From positions 54,295-118,294 of the forward strand of contig JBMFQZ010000009.1 in assembly GCA_049968335.1 (NCBI GenBank): 64,000 bases of DNA. The letters run 5' to 3'. Positions 1 through 9,285 of the stretch are shown in pieces. Both the position numbers and the translations under genes were made by a program. The notes below the pieces were generated by a model. The model saw only the letters and a program-made list of their open reading frames with translations. It had not been told where the DNA came from and did not search any database. Position 1 is the first letter of the stretch; each line of letters begins with the position of its first letter. Origin of the DNA: Verrucomicrobiia bacterium (GTDB lineage: Bacteria > Verrucomicrobiota > Verrucomicrobiia > Limisphaerales > JAKPVM01).

Positions 1-429
1 TGCGAGTTTCCCGAGCAATTCAATTCCCGGTTTGTCCAGTTCCTCAAGGTATTCTATATCTATCTGTCGTCCGAGAATAAAAACAAGAAACCCTGCAATG
101 ATAAAATTAACAGCCGGACCCGCTAACGCCATAATCAATTCCTGATGCGGTTTTTCCGGGATTCTTAAAATCCGCGCGACTCCGCCGATTGGCAAAAGCG
201 TTATATCAGGCGTTCGTATTCCGAACGAGCGCGCAGCAATTGCATGGCCAAATTCGTGCAGCAATACGCAGCCAAAAAGCGCGAGCACAAAAACAACCCC
301 GTCTAGTGCCGCGCCAGCGCCGCCGAGTGTGTAATATGTAAACCCGATCCATAGTAAAAACAAAATAAAGGTTATATGGATTTTGACATCAATCCCGGCA
401 ACGCGGGCAATTCTTACTGACCAGCGCAT
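1..429 (-). CDS. site-2 protease family (peptidase M50) membrane metalloprotease; C-terminal part lies outside the window
   Basis: Own translation of the minus strand from ATG at 429-427: MRWSVRIARVAGIDVKIHITFILFLLW...VLLHEFGHAIAARSFGI...LLPIGGVARI. The HExxH motif (HEFGH) sits in a hydrophobic context typical of M50/S2P. The ORF runs off the window, so it is missing from the ORF track. Confidence 0.8.
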   Translation of the reverse strand, partial: MRWSVRIARVAGIDVKIHITFILFLLWIGFTYYTLGGAGAALDGVVFVLALFGCVLLHEFGHAIAARSFGIRTPDITLLPIGGVARILRIPEKPHQELIMALAGPAVNFIIAGFLVFILGRQIDIEYLEELDKPGIELLGKLA

Positions 430-641
430 AAAATAATTTTAAAATTCAATAGTTATTCTAAGTTCTATCCAGACGCCAGAAATTATTTAAACAAACCCGG
501 AATATAGATTGTTCCTGTAATATTAAAACCATAAACTCCGGCGCGCTTTAAGAGACTCCGGTTTATTTTGTCCCGCGCCTGTTGAGCGCGATTCAAAACT
601 TTCATACCTGATAACAGTTTAACCCAATAAACAGTCTATTT

Positions 642-687
642 AAAGAAAAGAATCGCCACCGCAGTCGGTATAGACGCGGTGGCGATT
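642..687 (-). terminator. rho-independent terminator downstream of htrA
   Basis: Perfect 12-bp stem aatcgccaccgc (651-662) / gcggtggcgatt (676-687) with a 13-nt loop. On the minus strand it is followed by cttttcttt (complement of 642-650). It lies 35 nt after the htrA stop. Confidence 0.6.
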
Positions 688-721
688 TGCGGTGTAGATT
701 AATCGCAAAACCTGCAAGGTT

Positions 722-2197
722 TTATCTCTTTTTAGAGGCGTCAATCACAACATAATGGCTTCCGCCTTTGCTCCATACACGGAGCAGGACGCGGGAGGAT
801 TTGACCTGACGGCTAGCTTCAATCGCTTCATCAGCTGTCTCAACCCGTTTGCGATTAATTTCAAGGATAACATCGCCCGGTCTTAATTCAGCAGCGGCGG
901 CTGGAGAGTCCGGATCAACATTTACAACGAGCGCGCCGCGAACATAATTCGGGATATCAAACTGACGGCGACTGCGGGCGTCAAGGTCAGCCACTTCAAC
1001 ACCGTCCAGCGGGTCTGCTCCGCCGCGCCGTAATCCGCCGGGTCCGCCGGCTTTTGCAAGTCCTTCGGCTGGCAATTCATCAAGCGTTGCGGTTATTGTT
1101 TTTTCTTTTCCATCGCGAATAATTTTAATATTGACCTTTGTTCCCGGAGGGGTTTGCGCAACCATCAACCGCAGGTGTTTGCTATCAACAACTTTTTTGC
1201 CATTAAACTCAACGATAACATCGCCATCTTTTAACCCGGCGGCTTCAGCAGGAGATTTTGGAGTTACCTCGCCGACAAGCGCGCCAGACTGGTCGCCAAG
1301 TTTGAATTCTTTGGCAAGTTCCGGAGTAACAGGTTGAATGTAAACTCCAAGATAGCCCCGTTTTACTTTGCCTTCGGTAATAATCCGCTCCATAACATAG
1401 CGGGCAAGGTTGATTGGAACGGCAAACCCGATTCCCTGATTTCCGCCGGTGCGGCTCAAGATTGCCGTATTAATTCCGACGAGCCTTCCATCAATATCCA
1501 CAAGCGCCCCGCCGGAGTTGCCCGGATTTATTGACGCGTCTGTTTGAATGAAATCTTCGTAATCAACAATGCCCATTCCGCTTCTGCCTTTTGCGCTAAC
1601 GATGCCATAGGTTACGGTTTGCCCAACACCGAATGGATTTCCAATCGCAAGCACAACATCGCCAACCTCAAGTTTATCGCTGTCGCCTATTGTTATTGCT
1701 GGCAATTTGCTCCCATCAACTTTTACTACGGCGATATCGGTCTGCGGGTCTGCGCCTATAACTTTTGCGTCAAGCACAGTTTTTTCATCGGCGAGCGCAA
1801 CCTTTATTTCGTCCGCGCCATCAACCACGTGATTATTTGTAAGGATGTAGCCGTCCTCGCTTACAATCACGCCTGAACCCAAACTCTGTTCCCGTCGCTC
1901 GCGCGGTATTCTGTCCAGATCGCCCGGCAGACCGAAGAAATACCTGAACATTGGGTCGTTAAACAACGGCGACAACCGCTCATCCATCCGCACTTTTTTT
2001 GTGCTGTAAATATTGACAACGCTTGGCGCGGCTTTTTTAACAATCGGCGCAAAGGTTGCCACTGGCGGGGCGTTTTTTCCAGCTGGTTGCGTATCAATAT
2101 GCAACTTCGGCATCGTAGCCCCGTAGGACATACCTAAAAGCGCAAAATAAAAAACCGTTGCCGCAACTCCATTTACCAGTTTTAATGTCTGTTTCAT
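722..2197 (-). CDS. htrA: Do/DegP/HtrA-family periplasmic serine endoprotease with two PDZ domains
   Basis: 491 aa with an N-terminal signal-like helix. Trypsin-fold triad contexts are present (TNNHVV, DIAVVKV, GNSGGALV), followed by two PDZ-like C-terminal segments. Confidence 0.9.
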   Translation of the reverse strand: MKQTLKLVNGVAATVFYFALLGMSYGATMPKLHIDTQPAGKNAPPVATFAPIVKKAAPSVVNIYSTKKVRMDERLSPLFNDPMFRYFFGLPGDLDRIPRERREQSLGSGVIVSEDGYILTNNHVVDGADEIKVALADEKTVLDAKVIGADPQTDIAVVKVDGSKLPAITIGDSDKLEVGDVVLAIGNPFGVGQTVTYGIVSAKGRSGMGIVDYEDFIQTDASINPGNSGGALVDIDGRLVGINTAILSRTGGNQGIGFAVPINLARYVMERIITEGKVKRGYLGVYIQPVTPELAKEFKLGDQSGALVGEVTPKSPAEAAGLKDGDVIVEFNGKKVVDSKHLRLMVAQTPPGTKVNIKIIRDGKEKTITATLDELPAEGLAKAGGPGGLRRGGADPLDGVEVADLDARSRRQFDIPNYVRGALVVNVDPDSPAAAAELRPGDVILEINRKRVETADEAIEASRQVKSSRVLLRVWSKGGSHYVVIDASKKR

Positions 2198-2512
2198 ATC
2201 CTCACCTCTTTATTTCCACTCCATTTTTATTCACTCACTCTCTACTACTTTTTCCAGACTCTGTCTGGCGTCTACACAGATTTTGACACGACAAAAGAAA
2301 AAATGTTGAATGCGGGTTTTAATACGCTGGGCCGGAACAATTTATATTCAGAAAAATTGCGGTTTCAGGCTTTCAGGTATCATCTTGCAATACTGTTCAC
2401 ACTTGAACAAAATAAAATCAAGGGTTATTAATTATAATGTTTGGATTCTAAAATAATATCATCAATGATATTCTGAAATTGAGTGGATTTTACGAGAGGG
2501 AGAATACTGGAT

Positions 2513-2824
2513 ATGCCGACATACGAGTATGTTTGTGAAAAATGCGGACACGTGTTTGAGGTCTTTCAATCAATGAAAGAGCCTCCGCTAAAGGTTTGCC
2601 CGAAAGAATTGTGCAAGATGGAGAAATGGGGACGCGGCAAGGTCAAACGGAAAATTGGCGCCGGAGCCGGTCTCATTTTTAAAGGCAGCGGTTTTTACAT
2701 CACCGATTACCGTAGCGAGAGTTACAGGTCTGCGGCGAAAAAAGAGACCGTATCGCCAGCAAGCACTGAAAAATCAGCCTCTTCGTCCGCTTCAACTAAA
2801 TCAACAGATACTAAAAAAACTTAA
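2513..2824 (+). CDS. FmdB-family zinc-ribbon putative regulatory protein
   Basis: MPTYEYVCEKCGHVFEVFQSMKEPPLKVCP..LC is the canonical FmdB CxxC...CxxC N-terminus. ATG at 2513 is preceded by gagggag; the track ORF begins earlier at a GTG (2483). The tail is Ser/Thr/Lys-rich. Confidence 0.8.
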   Translation: MPTYEYVCEKCGHVFEVFQSMKEPPLKVCPKELCKMEKWGRGKVKRKIGAGAGLIFKGSGFYITDYRSESYRSAAKKETVSPASTEKSASSSASTKSTDTKKT

Positions 2825-2830
2825 TCAGAT

Positions 2831-4270
2831 ATGATTGTAAAAAGATCAGGAGACTGGAATTTGCTACTGTTAATAGCGGCAACCTGGCTCTTGATTTTAC
2901 ACTCAGTCATCCCGTCAGCGGCGGTAAATAGCAACGGAGTTTCCGGAAAAGATAGCATAACAGTTCGCAGTTTTTCCGGACAGTTTATAGTTAATTCGTC
3001 AAAAACTCTTCCGCCGTTGCCTGCTGCTGCCGGACAATTGGCAACTAACTTGCCAAAAACCATAGAGATTGACCCCAATCTGCTTGTGGTAATTTGCGAG
3101 CGGATAAAGGAAAACATTCTTTTTTTCTTGAAGGCAAACGATGAATGGAAGGGGACTGTAATAATTAATATTTTTCCAGCAAAATCGCTTTTTGATCCTG
3201 TCTGGATCAACGCGCAATACACCGATAGAGGATGGATGTATTACGTTGATGTCCCTTCAAGAATAGATATGGCAAGGCTTGTGAACGCGGTTGTAGGAGT
3301 TTTATTGCAAGAAATGGCTGACAGAGGAGCCGGCTCAAAACCTGCCGAACTGCCGCCGTGGATAGCGCCGGCTTTTAGTTTAAATGTTCAACTCACCGCG
3401 CCAGATATTACTATCATTGAGCCGTTCTCAAAGAAAACCCGTGTTGACCGCAGGACTAATCCGATTAACCTGATTAAAAGAAGGCTCATTTCAGTTGAGC
3501 CGCTCAGCTGGGACGAATTGAGCTGGGGCGACGACCAATATTTCAATGATTTCTCATCCACTAACCAGTACGCAATCTGTTCTTATCTGTTTACACATCA
3601 GTTATTGAGATTGCCCGACGGCGCGGAAAAATTGAAAAAATTCCTTCATATTTTGCCATCGCGATGGAACTGGCAGATTGCGTTTTTAGACGCGTTTAAG
3701 CCGCATTTTTACTCAATGCGCGATGTTGAAAAATGGTGGTCTGTCTCCATCGCCGCCCTGACCGGCAGAACCGAGATGAAAACCCTGACATTTGAAGAAA
3801 CTCTGAAAAAACTGGATGATATTGTGGATTCACCGGTAAAAATCCCGATCAAGAATAATGGTCAGGACCAGACAAATTCCGTTAGCGCGGCTGTAGTAAA
3901 AAAAATTCCGCTTCAACAAATAATCACGCAATATAATTATTCCCAGCACAAACAGCTGATAAGAGAAAAGGCGGCTGAATTGTCGGTTTTAAAACAGCAG
4001 GCTCATCCGGCGCTTAAAAAATTAATTGATGATTACAGGATTGTTCTTGAAAATTATCTCTCCCGTCGTTATCGCGCCGGTTTTGAGGAAGATAGTCCTA
4101 AATTAGTCACGCGCGATACTATTAATAAACTTGATGAACTGGATTTCATCCGTTCAGACTTTAGAGAATATGGAGTTTTTGAACAAGAACAGGCTCCGCT
4201 TTATGACGACTTTTTCAACATCCAGCCCCATCAATCCTCGCAAATTCCGCCTCTAACGCAAAAAAAATAA
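2831..4270 (+). CDS. hypothetical protein with N-terminal signal/anchor helix
   Basis: 479-aa ORF starting 6 nt after the FmdB-like gene. It has a hydrophobic N-terminus (LLLLIAATWLLILHSV). I recognised no family. Confidence 0.55.
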   Translation: MIVKRSGDWNLLLLIAATWLLILHSVIPSAAVNSNGVSGKDSITVRSFSGQFIVNSSKTLPPLPAAAGQLATNLPKTIEIDPNLLVVICERIKENILFFLKANDEWKGTVIINIFPAKSLFDPVWINAQYTDRGWMYYVDVPSRIDMARLVNAVVGVLLQEMADRGAGSKPAELPPWIAPAFSLNVQLTAPDITIIEPFSKKTRVDRRTNPINLIKRRLISVEPLSWDELSWGDDQYFNDFSSTNQYAICSYLFTHQLLRLPDGAEKLKKFLHILPSRWNWQIAFLDAFKPHFYSMRDVEKWWSVSIAALTGRTEMKTLTFEETLKKLDDIVDSPVKIPIKNNGQDQTNSVSAAVVKKIPLQQIITQYNYSQHKQLIREKAAELSVLKQQAHPALKKLIDDYRIVLENYLSRRYRAGFEEDSPKLVTRDTINKLDELDFIRSDFREYGVFEQEQAPLYDDFFNIQPHQSSQIPPLTQKK

Positions 4271-4354
4271 ATAATTTAGGTCCACACGATTTTTTTCCAG
4301 AAGTAATATTGCGATAATGTTTGATAAGTAACATTAAAACAAAAATGATGAACT

Positions 4355-5137
4355 ATGAAAACCAGATCAAATGTTAAAAAGGTCGCGATTGCAGTCATTG
4401 TATTGCTCATTGTTGGAATTGGAGCGGCAATCTATTTTAAAAACAAACAGCCGGTCTATGTGATGCCGGTTCAGGAACAGGCTGTGGGACAAAACAGCAG
4501 CGTTGTAATCAAGGGGAACGAAATGTTTGAAACGTTAAGCCCCGACGCCGTACCGAAAAACGTGGTTGACGCTGTAAAAAAATATCTTCCCGATTTTGCA
4601 ATCAGTGAGGCAGTCTGCAAAACGGATATTCCGGATGGTGATTCTGAATACCGGATGAAACTGACAAAGAATGGCAAGCAGATTCAAGCGCAGATTGATG
4701 TTGATCCCAAAAAAGGAACAATGGACGGCGAGATTAATGAGAGGGTGGCGCCGGGCGAAATTCCACAGCAGGTTGTTGACGCCTTTAAGAAAAACATCCC
4801 TGATGCGCAACTGGGCGAAGCAGAAAAACGGATAGAATTTGATGCCGATTCCAATGGCGCGACAATTACTTATAGATGGGATTTAAAAGATATGCGTGTG
4901 GCGATTTCGCAGGACGGCGGCGCAGTGGAGGTTCGCCAGAGAATGGATGTTGCGGCATTGCCGCAGAATATCGTTGATGCAATGAACAAGGCTCTGCCGG
5001 GCGGACAATTTGACAACAAAGCAGAAAAGAGAATTGAAAACGGCAAGACTTTTTATCGCGTTAAGGCAAAGGCTAATAATAAAAAATACGATTTAACAAT
5101 TTCCGAAACTGGTGAAGTTCAGATAAAAGCTAAATAA
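4355..5137 (+). CDS. membrane-anchored protein with three PepSY-like repeats
   Basis: N-terminal TM helix, then three repeats of roughly 60 aa: VPKNVVDAVKKYLPDF..., IPQQVVDAFKKNIPDA...AEKRIE, LPQNIVDAMNKALPGG...AEKRIENGKTFYRVKAK. This pattern is typical of PepSY-like domains. Confidence 0.65.
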   Translation: MKTRSNVKKVAIAVIVLLIVGIGAAIYFKNKQPVYVMPVQEQAVGQNSSVVIKGNEMFETLSPDAVPKNVVDAVKKYLPDFAISEAVCKTDIPDGDSEYRMKLTKNGKQIQAQIDVDPKKGTMDGEINERVAPGEIPQQVVDAFKKNIPDAQLGEAEKRIEFDADSNGATITYRWDLKDMRVAISQDGGAVEVRQRMDVAALPQNIVDAMNKALPGGQFDNKAEKRIENGKTFYRVKAKANNKKYDLTISETGEVQIKAK

Positions 5138-5173
5138 CCAGCGCGTCAACCCCGAATCCGTGATGCACATAAA

Positions 5174-5200
5174 TGGCGGGAGAAAACCCGCCATTTTTTT
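5174..5200 (+). terminator. rho-independent terminator
   Basis: tggcggg-agaaaa-cccgcca hairpin (5174-5193) followed by seven T (5194-5200), 37 nt after the stop at 5137. Confidence 0.7.
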
Positions 5201-5237
5201 AACTTTTTCACAAAATTATGCGTCTAAATAAATAGGA

Positions 5238-5969
5238 ATGAGAATTTTTATGTTGAAAATAAATAAAGAAAATGAGGAATTAAGGCTAAAAGGGAGATTA
5301 GCCGCGCTTGGTTTTACACTTATTGAGTTGCTTGTTGTGATTGCGATTATCGCGATATTGGCAAGTATGCTTCTGCCTGCAGTGGCAAAGGCAAAAGCAA
5401 AAGCGCAGAGAATAGCCTGCGTAAGCAACCTGCGGCAGGTTACATTAGGTTTTAAACTCTGGGCAGAAGACAACGGCGGGCGTTATCCCTGGTGGATTGA
5501 AGTCACAAACGGCGGTTCAGCAACGTTGCCTGAGGCTTGGATGCACTACATAATCGCTTCAAACGAATTCAGCAATCCGAGAATTCTCGTTTGCCCGAGC
5601 GATACAATCAAAACCCCTGCATCGGACTGGAGCGATGATCCAAATCGAGGTTTCGGCGGATTAAAAGACAAGGCGTTAAGTTATTTCTTCGCCTCTGAAG
5701 CGCGAGATATCTTGCCGCAACATCACCTTGCCGGTGACCGCAATCTTAAAGGACGCGATGGCACATCTTGCGGAGTGGTTAATTTAGTTGGCGTTATAAC
5801 GATGGCAAGTCCGGATGTTGGGGAGTGGGATACCGATATGCATCAGAAAGCCGGCAATATCGCTGTAGTGGATGGAAGCGTTCGCCAGTTGAATTTTGCC
5901 GGGTTAACACAATTTCTATTAAACGCAGGCGACACAAACCTTTCAAACTGCATACTCAAACCCTGGTAA
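5238..5969 (+). CDS. prepilin-type N-terminal cleavage/methylation domain protein with DUF1559-like H-X9-DG C-terminus (type II secretion pseudopilin-like)
   Basis: [24 protein letters not shown] prepilin motif and a C-terminal [12 protein letters not shown] (H-X9-DG). This architecture is abundant in Planctomycetes, Verrucomicrobia and Lentisphaerae. Confidence 0.85.
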   Translation: MRIFMLKINKENEELRLKGRLAALGFTLIELLVVIAIIAILASMLLPAVAKAKAKAQRIACVSNLRQVTLGFKLWAEDNGGRYPWWIEVTNGGSATLPEAWMHYIIASNEFSNPRILVCPSDTIKTPASDWSDDPNRGFGGLKDKALSYFFASEARDILPQHHLAGDRNLKGRDGTSCGVVNLVGVITMASPDVGEWDTDMHQKAGNIAVVDGSVRQLNFAGLTQFLLNAGDTNLSNCILKPW

Positions 5970-5990
5970 TTAACAGTTCATCCGAGACAG

Positions 5991-6245
5991 ATCAAATCCC
6001 AAGCATTGAACCCAGTTGATTTTGAAATGGAGTGAAATAGAACGGTATTTTTCTAAGGGATGCAGTGTTGTGGAACTATGCTCTCTCTGTGTTCTTTATC
6101 GTTCATTTTTTCACTATAGAAGGCATAAAAAGGCAATTACATTTAGTCCCTTGCAAGGTCTTTTCAGTCCATTACCAATTAATATTGACAATTATAACTT
6201 CACTCAAAAATTATGATTTAATAAAATGATCAGGATTTAGATTGC
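5991..6245 (+). repeat. non-coding repeat family 1, copy A (candidate structured RNA or regulatory leader)
   Basis: The core atcaaatccc..gcattgaacc..gttgattttgaaatggagtgaaatagaacggtattttt aligns by eye with 8425-8493 and 29567-29636. Further shared blocks: catttagtcc, cccttgcaaggtc, ttcactcaaa, atgatcaggatttag. Confidence 0.6.
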
Positions 6246-6297
6246 CCCAGAATCATTTGCAATTGCGTTGTTTCCATATATCAGGTAGATTATAAGT

Positions 6298-7587
6298 ATG
6301 AGAAGCGCGGCGAGAATTAGAGCGATTTTAGCCATTCTATTTACATTTCAAGTTCTGGCAAAGGGAGTGGAAAAAGTGGGGATGATTGAGGTGGTTGGCG
6401 CAATTGGTCCTGCTACGTCAAGTTATATAGACCGCGCTATAAAGGTTTCTGAACAGGAGGGATATGAATGCCTTATAATCCAGCTTGATACTCCGGGAGG
6501 ATTGCTTGATTCAACCAAAGAAATTGTGCAGGCGTTTTACCGGTCAAAGACGCCGATCGTTGTCTATGTTGCCCCGTCCGGGGCAAATGCCGGAAGCGCA
6601 GGCTGTTTTATTACTTTGGCAGCGGATGTTGCCGCGATGGCGCCAAACACAAGCATTGGCGCCGCTCATCCGGTCGCGATTGGAGGCGGTTTTGGAGACC
6701 ATAAACCGGACGATGTAATGAAACAGAAACTTGAAAACTTTGCCACAAGTTATATTGAGGCTATTGCGGTTAAACGGAACCGGAATGTTGAATGGGCAAA
6801 ATCGGCTGTAAAAGAGAGCGCAAGCATAACTGCCGAAAAAGCGCTTGAGCTAAAAGTTATTGAGATTATAGCAAAGGATGTTGAAGACCTGCTAAAACAG
6901 CTTGATTCGCGAGAGGTAAACGGACGCAAGTTAAAAACTGCTTCCTGCGAGGTTGTGAAAATACCGATGATTCTGCGGGAGAAATTTTTCCAGGTTTTGT
7001 GGAGACCAGAAGTTATGTTTGTGTTGATGTTGATAGCGATCTACGGCATAATCGGAGAGTTAAGCAATCCCGGCGCTATTTTCCCCGGTGTTGCTGGGGC
7101 AATCGCGCTTATTCTGGCGCTTTATATGGCGGCAATTTTGCCTGTAAATCTTGCCGGGCTTGCTCTGATAATCCTTGCTATTGCGCTTTTTATTATGGAT
7201 GTATTTGCAACAACTCACGGTGTGCTGACGATGGGCGGAATCGTTTCATTCGTCCTCGGTTCAGTTATGTTGTTTGATCAGGCGCAAACCGCTATGCGTC
7301 TTTCGCTCTCTCTTGTTATACCATCAGCAATAGTAACCGCTGCGTTTTTTGCGTTCGTAATTGGCAAAGGAATAAGGGCGCAATTCCTTCCGCCAAAAAC
7401 AGGAAAAGAATCTATGATTGGAAAAGTAGCCCAATCAGTCTCCCGTATAGACAGCCATTCAGGAAAAGTTTTTATTGACGGCGAATACTGGAATGCTGTA
7501 AGCAATATGGAAATTCAAGAAGGAGAATCGGTGGAGATCATTGAAATGCAGGGATTGACTTTAAAAGTAAAACCACACAAACAATAA
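6298..7587 (+). CDS. NfeD-family membrane-bound ClpP-class serine protease
   Basis: 429 aa: ClpP-like N-domain (DTPGGLLDS..., GANAGSAGCFI), a central block of TM helices, and a C-terminal NfeD OB-fold (GKVFIDGEYWNAVS...). It sits directly upstream of an SPFH gene, the classical pairing. Confidence 0.85.
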   Translation: MRSAARIRAILAILFTFQVLAKGVEKVGMIEVVGAIGPATSSYIDRAIKVSEQEGYECLIIQLDTPGGLLDSTKEIVQAFYRSKTPIVVYVAPSGANAGSAGCFITLAADVAAMAPNTSIGAAHPVAIGGGFGDHKPDDVMKQKLENFATSYIEAIAVKRNRNVEWAKSAVKESASITAEKALELKVIEIIAKDVEDLLKQLDSREVNGRKLKTASCEVVKIPMILREKFFQVLWRPEVMFVLMLIAIYGIIGELSNPGAIFPGVAGAIALILALYMAAILPVNLAGLALIILAIALFIMDVFATTHGVLTMGGIVSFVLGSVMLFDQAQTAMRLSLSLVIPSAIVTAAFFAFVIGKGIRAQFLPPKTGKESMIGKVAQSVSRIDSHSGKVFIDGEYWNAVSNMEIQEGESVEIIEMQGLTLKVKPHKQ

Positions 7588-7602
7588 AAAGAGGAGATAA
7601 TT

Positions 7603-8373
7603 ATGGAAAGACTAATTCAATTAGCCGGCTGGATAATTCCAATAGTAGTCATCGCATCCATCGTGTTGCCAAGCGTTGTTAGGGTCTTGCGCGAGTATGA
7701 AAGAGGTGTCGTTTTCAGGCTCGGAAAATTGTTAAGAGCAAAAGGTCCCGGGCTTGTCTTCCTGATCCCTATTGTTGACCGTATGGTCAAAATTGATCTG
7801 CGCGTTGTAACAATTGACGTAGCAAAACAGGAGGTAATGAGCCGCGACAACGTTCCGATTACAGTTGACGCCGTTGTCTATTTTAGAGTGGTTGACCCGG
7901 AAGCGGCAATCATTAAAGTTGAAGACTATTTGCGCGCCACTTCTTTAATCGCTCAAACCACTTTGCGAAGCGTTCTGGGTCAGGTTGAACTGGATGAACT
8001 GCTGGCGCATAGAGAAAAAATAAACCAGAAATTGCAGGAGATAATTGACCGTCAAACCGACCCGTGGGGAATAAAAGTTGTTACTGTTGAAGTCAAAGAT
8101 GTTGTTTTGCCAGAGGGCATGAAACGGGCAATGGCAAAACAGGCTGAAACCGAACGTGAAAGACGGGCTAAAATTATCAACGCAGAGGGCGAGTTTCAAG
8201 CCGCTGAAAAACTTGTTCAAGCAGCCGAAATGATCAGCAGCCAGCCGATTGCGCTGCAATTGCGGTTCTTGCAGACTATGCGCGAGATTTCAAGCGAACA
8301 CAACACAACCACATTCTTCCCCATACCGATTGACATCTTAACGCCATTTATTCAGCAGAAAGAAAATAAATAA
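7603..8373 (+). CDS. SPFH/Band-7 (stomatin-like, slipin) protein
   Basis: 256 aa with an N-terminal TM helix and [13 protein letters not shown]...[18 protein letters not shown]...[11 protein letters not shown], typical of prokaryotic stomatins. Confidence 0.9.
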   Translation: MERLIQLAGWIIPIVVIASIVLPSVVRVLREYERGVVFRLGKLLRAKGPGLVFLIPIVDRMVKIDLRVVTIDVAKQEVMSRDNVPITVDAVVYFRVVDPEAAIIKVEDYLRATSLIAQTTLRSVLGQVELDELLAHREKINQKLQEIIDRQTDPWGIKVVTVEVKDVVLPEGMKRAMAKQAETERERRAKIINAEGEFQAAEKLVQAAEMISSQPIALQLRFLQTMREISSEHNTTTFFPIPIDILTPFIQQKENK

Positions 8374-8424
8374 AAATCGCTTTTAAATTCCGACTATACC
8401 GGAAAGAATGCAGATGCGAGCGAA

Positions 8425-8722
8425 ATCAAATTTCAAACCCTTGGCATTGACCTCTGTTGATTATGAAATGAAGTGAAATAGAACGGTGTTTTTGAGCGGG
8501 GGCGATATTGCAGAAGAGGGGAATGGCTGTTTCGTTTAACCCATTTAGGGTCATATTGATTGTGTGGCATTTTTAGTCCACCTATTTATGAGTGGTTATT
8601 ATATTAGGCCCCTTTGCGGTCTGTTCTAACCATCGCATTGTTTGTTATAAAATGCTTAGAATTCAGTTTCACTCAAAGATGCACTTTTTTCTTAAATGCT
8701 CAATGGTCAGGCGATTTAATCC
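8425..8722 (+). repeat. non-coding repeat family 1, copy B
   Basis: atcaaatttcaaacccttggcattgacctctgttgattatgaaatgaagtgaaatagaacggtgttttt plus 3' blocks (catttttagtcc, cccctttgcggtc, gtttcactcaaag, atggtcaggcgatttaatc) are colinear with copy A. An extra segment of about 90 nt is inserted. Confidence 0.6.
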
Positions 8723-8842
8723 TTAAGATTTATTCATTTACATAATAAATTATTATAATTATAAAAATATCAATATTGACATTTGTGTTAATTAGTTTGA
8801 TTCTAACTATATAAATGCGGATTTTTCCGCAGTGAACTTAAT

Positions 8843-9259
8843 ATGAATATCTATATTTTGAAACTTTACAGGCTTCAAGAAATTGAAATGGGACCCGATG
8901 CGGGGTCGTCTGAAAACCAAGAGTTGATTAAAAAGTTAAGGGCAGAAATTCCCGAGCAGATTGTCCGTCACTATGATAGATTGCGGAATAACGGGAAGAC
9001 AGGGGTTGCGGTGTTGAGGAATATGGCATGCAGTGGATGCCATATGAAAGTCCCTGTAGCCGTTTATAACAGGACACTTGGCGAGGATATTTCTCTTTGC
9101 GATAACTGCGCCCGATATCTGGTAGTTCTTGAAGAACAGAAGGCGGTTGAACCGGAGCCTTTGAAGGCCGCCGCGCCAGAACCAGAACCTGTCAAGGCGG
9201 AGAAACCTTCAAAACCGCAAAAAAAACGGGCAAAAACAAAACGGGTAAAATCCGCGTAA
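8843..9259 (+). CDS. short C4 zinc-ribbon protein (COG1579/DUF164 C-terminal-like) with Pro/Glu/Lys-rich tail
   Basis: IPEQIVRHYDRLRNNGKTGVAVLRNMACSGCHMKVPVAVYN...CDNCARYLV resembles the C-terminal zinc-ribbon module of COG1579 proteins. The tail is EPEPLKAAAPEPEPVKAEKPSKPQKKRAKTKR. The start may instead be the ATG at 8888. Confidence 0.55.
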   Translation: MNIYILKLYRLQEIEMGPDAGSSENQELIKKLRAEIPEQIVRHYDRLRNNGKTGVAVLRNMACSGCHMKVPVAVYNRTLGEDISLCDNCARYLVVLEEQKAVEPEPLKAAAPEPEPVKAEKPSKPQKKRAKTKRVKSA

Positions 9260-9285
9260 CTGCCCGTTTTCTATAGAATCAACTA

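Noticed and set aside
1131-2097. Four ORFs (66-110 aa) overlapping htrA: three antisense on the plus strand and one alternate-frame on the minus strand
   Set aside because: They lie entirely within the strongly supported HtrA coding sequence, have low-complexity or odd composition and match no recognisable motifs. They are shadow ORFs.
6016-6216. 66-aa ORF inside repeat family 1, copy A
   Set aside because: The homologous copy B has in-frame stops (atg aaa tga) and indels, so the reading frame is not conserved. I treat it as non-coding repeat sequence.
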